From NCBI GenBank assembly GCA_964512915.1, contig CAZEKJ010000004.1, forward strand, positions 41,347 to 105,346: a stretch of DNA of 64,000 nt, in the 5' to 3' direction. Both the position numbers and the translations under genes were made by a program. This document shows, in pieces, positions 60,887 through 64,000 of the stretch. Within the stretch, counting starts at the first letter, position 1. Every line of letters begins with the position of its first letter. Under the pieces are notes generated by a model that ran no database searches, was not told where the DNA came from, and worked only from the letters and a program-made list of their open reading frames with translations. The DNA comes from an uncultured Porphyromonadaceae bacterium (GTDB lineage Bacteria; Bacteroidota; Bacteroidia; Bacteroidales; UBA12481).

Positions 60887-62386
60887 ATGAAACTGCCCGT
60901 CTCCGTCAATAACCGGCTTTCCATCACCGGCGCCATCGTGGCCAGCATCAGTCTGATGTTCATCATCTTCTTTTTTATCATCAGCCTGTTCTATACCGAA
61001 GGCGGTAACTACCTGGGCCTATTCACCTACATTATCCTTCCGGTATTCCTGATTCTCGGCCTGATCCTGATACCCATCGGGATGGTTGGGAAAATGAAGC
61101 GGATGAAACGAGGTATTGAAGAGGTAAAAGGTAAGCCCTGGATCATAGATTTTACCGATAAACGGCACCGGAATGCCACATTTGTTTTTGCCATGGGTAC
61201 GGTAGTTCTTCTCTTTCTATCGGGGATTGGAAGCTATGAGGCCTTTCATTACAGCGAATCCGTTCAGTTCTGCGGTACAACCTGCCACAAGGTTATGGAG
61301 CCGGAACACACTGCCTATCAGGGATCTGAACACGCCAACGTTGCCTGCGTAGAATGCCATGTTGGCGCCGGCGCCGACTGGTATATCAGATCGAAACTTT
61401 CCGGACTCCGACAGGTTTGGGCGGTTATCACCAATAGTTACCCTCGCCCGATACCTACCCCGATAGTGGATCTGCGGCCTGCGCGGGAAACCTGTGAACA
61501 CTGCCACTGGCCGGCGAAGTTCTATGCGCACAAACTGGTATCAGAGAAACACTATCTGGCCGATTCTGCCAATACCGAGTGGAATATAGACCTTCGGATG
61601 AAAATCGCCGCCTCACACAGCGCCCTGGGAAATACCGGCGGAATCCACTGGCATATCAATCCTGATATTAAAATCGAATACATTGATGCCCTGGGCGACC
61701 GTGAGATGCTTCCGTGGGTCCGTAGTATTAACCTGATCACCGGCGATACCACGATATACATGGATTCCGAGAACCCGGCCAGCGACTCAATCATGCATGC
61801 TGTTGAACCCCGTACCATGGACTGCATGGATTGCCACACACGCCCGTCGCACAAATACCGGACTCCACAAACATTTGTAGATGAAGCGATTGCAGCAGGC
61901 GAGATATCCGTTACCCTGCCGGAAATTAAAAAAATCAGCATGGAAGTCCTGCGCACAGAGTACTTCAACCGCCAGGGCGCCCAGGACACCATCCGCCAAA
62001 CCATCGATGCATTCTACAAGGATACCTATCCCGATATTTATGCCAACCGCAAATCCGACGTGGATCAGGCTATTGCAGGAGTTTTAGCTGGATATGCCAA
62101 AAACATATTCCCCGAAATGAAAGCCAGCTGGGATGCGTACCCTGATCACATCGGACATATTGAATACGGCGGCTGTTTCCGGTGCCACAACGATAAACAT
62201 CAGAGTAAATCGGGTAAAGTAATCTCACGAGACTGCAACCTCTGCCACAACATCATGACTCAGGGGACTCCGCAAAACCTGGAAGTGGCTCCGTTTAATG
62301 GTCAACTGGAATTCAAACACCCCGTTGACATTGAGGATGCATGGAAGGAGATGGCTTGTACGGAGTGCCACAGAAAGCTGTACTAG
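60887..62386 (+). CDS. Membrane-anchored multiheme cytochrome c (NapC/NirT-like N-terminus, seven heme sites)
   Basis: 499 aa with N-terminal TM segments. Six CxxCH sites (CVECH, CEHCH, CMDCH, CFRCH, CNLCH, CTECH) plus one CGTTCH (CX3CH) at the position of the NapC-type FCxxCH. Confidence 0.75.
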   Translation: MKLPVSVNNRLSITGAIVASISLMFIIFFFIISLFYTEGGNYLGLFTYIILPVFLILGLILIPIGMVGKMKRMKRGIEEVKGKPWIIDFTDKRHRNATFVFAMGTVVLLFLSGIGSYEAFHYSESVQFCGTTCHKVMEPEHTAYQGSEHANVACVECHVGAGADWYIRSKLSGLRQVWAVITNSYPRPIPTPIVDLRPARETCEHCHWPAKFYAHKLVSEKHYLADSANTEWNIDLRMKIAASHSALGNTGGIHWHINPDIKIEYIDALGDREMLPWVRSINLITGDTTIYMDSENPASDSIMHAVEPRTMDCMDCHTRPSHKYRTPQTFVDEAIAAGEISVTLPEIKKISMEVLRTEYFNRQGAQDTIRQTIDAFYKDTYPDIYANRKSDVDQAIAGVLAGYAKNIFPEMKASWDAYPDHIGHIEYGGCFRCHNDKHQSKSGKVISRDCNLCHNIMTQGTPQNLEVAPFNGQLEFKHPVDIEDAWKEMACTECHRKLY

Positions 62387-62427
62387 TTGCCAGTTGCCGG
62401 TTACCGGTTACCGGTTGGGCCAGAGCG
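62384..62427. repeat. GGTTRCC heptamer array ending in ccggttgggccaga
   Basis: tagttgccagttgccggttaccggttaccggttgggccagagc. Same terminal motif as 44957-44978. Its first tag is the cytochrome stop codon. Confidence 0.9.
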
Positions 62428-62499
62428 GTCATCCTGACGGAAGTCAGGATCCCCTTGCGGTGCATTGAGGGTTGGGATTCCTGCTTTCGCCGGAATGAC
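62428..62499. repeat. Twin tetraloop hairpins (GGAA / TTTC loops)
   Basis: gtc-atcctgac-ggaa-gtcaggat (62428-62450) and attcctgc-tttc-gccggaat-gac (62477-62499, one mismatch). Confidence 0.85.
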
Positions 62500-62512
62500 A
62501 TTAGTTGCTCCG

Positions 62513-62544
62513 ACTGGTCACTGGTTACTGGTCACTGGTCACTC
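62513..62544. repeat. ACTGGTC heptamer array (reverse of GTGACCA family)
   Basis: actggtc actggtt actggtc actggtc actc. Runs into the stop of the GRE activase gene. Confidence 0.9.
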
Positions 62545-63451
62545 ATCCTCCAACGCTCACCGGCAACCCATACTCTGTAAATACTCTAATAGCCATCTCT
62601 ATTTCCCCCCTCGTGGGTTCTGCCAGTCCGGCCTGGTCGTATTGCTGTCCCAGCTTGTTGTGCTTATTTATGGCGATATTATGGTAAGCCAGGAGGTTGA
62701 CCTGTTTTGGAGGACCATCCAGTGCGGCAATGAATGATGCGGTTTGCCTGAGGTTCTCAGGGTCACTGTTCACTCCGCTGATCAATGGAATCCTGATGTT
62801 GATCTCTGCCCCCGATTCAGCCAGTATCTGAAGATTTGAAAGGATTTTTTCATTGCCCACCCCAGTGAACCTCTTGTGCTTTTCGGAATCCATGTGCTTC
62901 AGGTCGTAAAGGAATAGGTCGGTCCGCTTTGCGACCTCCAGAAGAGTTTCTGTTTTTGCAAAGCCCGATGTATCCACCGCCCTGTGAATCCCCTCGCTGC
63001 CGCAGGCATCCAGCAGTTCAATCAGAAAATCAGGCTGTTGCAGCGGTTCACCACCCGATATGGTGATCCCGCCTGCAGACTGGTCCATCATCACGGTTTC
63101 GCGCCTCACCACCTTCATCACTTCCTCCACGGTAGCCGGATAACCCGACATTTCCATGGCCTTCGTTGGACATACATCGGCACAAATCCCACAAAGATCG
63201 CAGGCATCCACATCGGTAAAAATTCCATCCGGAGTGAGCTTCAGGGCATGCTGCGGACAATTCTCCACGCAGGTGCTGCAGCCGATACATTTCGCCTTCG
63301 AATACATTTTCTGCACATGCGGGGAAATGCTCTCCGGATTATGGCACCACAGGCAATTCAACGGGCAGCCCTTGAGGAAAACCGTAATCCTTATACCCGG
63401 ACCATCGTTGATCGAATAGGGTTTAATATCGAAGAGCAGTGCCTGAGCCAT
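62543..63451 (-). CDS. Glycyl-radical enzyme activating protein (radical SAM)
   Basis: 302 aa. GPGIRITVFLKGCPLNCLWCHNPE and two ferredoxin-type clusters (CIGCSTCVENCP, CDLCGICADVCP). Confidence 0.85.
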   Translation of the reverse strand: MAQALLFDIKPYSINDGPGIRITVFLKGCPLNCLWCHNPESISPHVQKMYSKAKCIGCSTCVENCPQHALKLTPDGIFTDVDACDLCGICADVCPTKAMEMSGYPATVEEVMKVVRRETVMMDQSAGGITISGGEPLQQPDFLIELLDACGSEGIHRAVDTSGFAKTETLLEVAKRTDLFLYDLKHMDSEKHKRFTGVGNEKILSNLQILAESGAEINIRIPLISGVNSDPENLRQTASFIAALDGPPKQVNLLAYHNIAINKHNKLGQQYDQAGLAEPTRGEIEMAIRVFTEYGLPVSVGG

Positions 63452-63541
63452 TTTATACTTTGAAGTATGAAGTTAGAATTGAGAGATTCGAATGCAGAAT
63501 TCCGAATTCCGAAATATCAGATTCAAGTACCTCCTTCTTCA

Positions 63542-63575
63542 ATTAGCACATTAGCACATTAGCATATTAGCACAT
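63542..63575. repeat. 8-mer tandem array (ATTAGCAC) x4
   Basis: attagcac attagcac attagcat attagcac attta. Abuts the GRE stop codon (63576-63578). Confidence 0.95.
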
Positions 63576-64000
63576 TTACAGAATTTCATTCTGCGTACGT
63601 TCGATAACCTCGATCTGAAGATCATCGTTCATGTCGTTGAAATAGTCGCTGTAGCCGGCCATCCGAACGAGGAGATCCTTATACTCATCGGGAGTCTGGC
63701 GGGCGGCCATGAGGGTGGCGGTGTCAACGATGTTGAACTGAACATGGTGCCCGCCGAGGGTGAAATAACTGCGGATCAGCTGACCCAGTTTTGCAATATC
63801 CTGATCGCGTTTCAGCAGGCTCGGCAGGAATCGCAGGTTCAGCAGGGTTCCGCCAGATTTGGTCTGGTCGAGCTTCGAAAGCGACCGTATTACAGCGGTG
63901 GGGCCATGGGTGTCGCAACCGTGCGACGGTGAGGTGCCGTCGGAGATCGATTTTCCGGCCAGCCTGCCGTTCGGCATGGCACCCAGCACCTTGCCGAAAT
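63576..64000 (-). CDS. Glycyl radical enzyme (PFL/glycerol dehydratase family), C-terminal part; 5' end beyond window
   Basis: Glycine-radical motif LLVRMAGYSDYF near the C-terminus. The frame stays open to the right window edge, and the Met at 63989 is internal. Confidence 0.85.
   Translation of the reverse strand, partial: FGKVLGAMPNGRLAGKSISDGTSPSHGCDTHGPTAVIRSLSKLDQTKSGGTLLNLRFLPSLLKRDQDIAKLGQLIRSYFTLGGHHVQFNIVDTATLMAARQTPDEYKDLLVRMAGYSDYFNDMNDDLQIEVIERTQNEIL

Noticed and set aside
1-64000. Transposases, IS elements, prophage or conjugative genes that could mobilise the hairpin elements
   Set aside because: No ORF in the six-frame track shows DDE, HUH, serine or tyrosine recombinase or phage structural motifs. 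If the elements are mobile, the enzyme is encoded elsewhere.

Overview
This 64-kb window looks like a Bacteroidota chromosome. Supporting markers are a T9SS C-terminal sorting domain, a CarboxypepD_reg-type TonB-dependent receptor followed by a DUF4249 lipoprotein, a PKD/FISUMP lipoprotein, many lipobox signal peptides and a high density of glycoside hydrolases. I call 47 CDS, two of them cut by the window edges, and no rRNA, tRNA, CRISPR array, transposase or prophage genes. The coding content has three themes. (i) Glycan breakdown and sugar entry: GH92, GH125, GH95, two GH29, a GH78-like protein, two ROK kinases, PIG-L deacetylase, a SIS protein and a PPi-type PFK. (ii) An aerobic respiration locus at 20.6-30.0 kb: an HMA copper protein, a Tat-exported NrfC-like FeS protein, an NrfD-like membrane protein fused to a monoheme cytochrome c, DoxX, SCO1, then caa3-type oxidase subunits I, III, IV and II-cyt c, and CtaB. 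This looks like a stripped-down alternative-complex-III-like quinol:cytochrome c module. (iii) Housekeeping and other genes: rnhB, typA, corA, GT4, a flippase, a YhcG-like PDDEXK nuclease, a heptaheme cytochrome, and a glycyl-radical enzyme with its activase. The most unusual signal is non-coding. By my count 30 of 34 intergenic spacers longer than 50 bp hold tandem arrays of 7-8 nt units or GC-rich hairpins, drawn from a small shared set of motifs. These are often arranged as long inverted arms (up to 49 bp with one mismatch) around AT-rich cores. Four copies of a modular linker-plus-mini-hairpin element also occur, and several hairpin families show compensatory stem changes between copies. 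The elements supply stop codons and C-terminal residues. One encodes the hydrophobic core of the GH92 signal peptide. Two sit in frame inside genes (GT4 and a metalloprotease-like lipoprotein). Others bracket single genes as inverted or direct repeats. I regard this repeat and hairpin system as the best candidate for something undescribed. All functional interpretation is inference from sequence alone.
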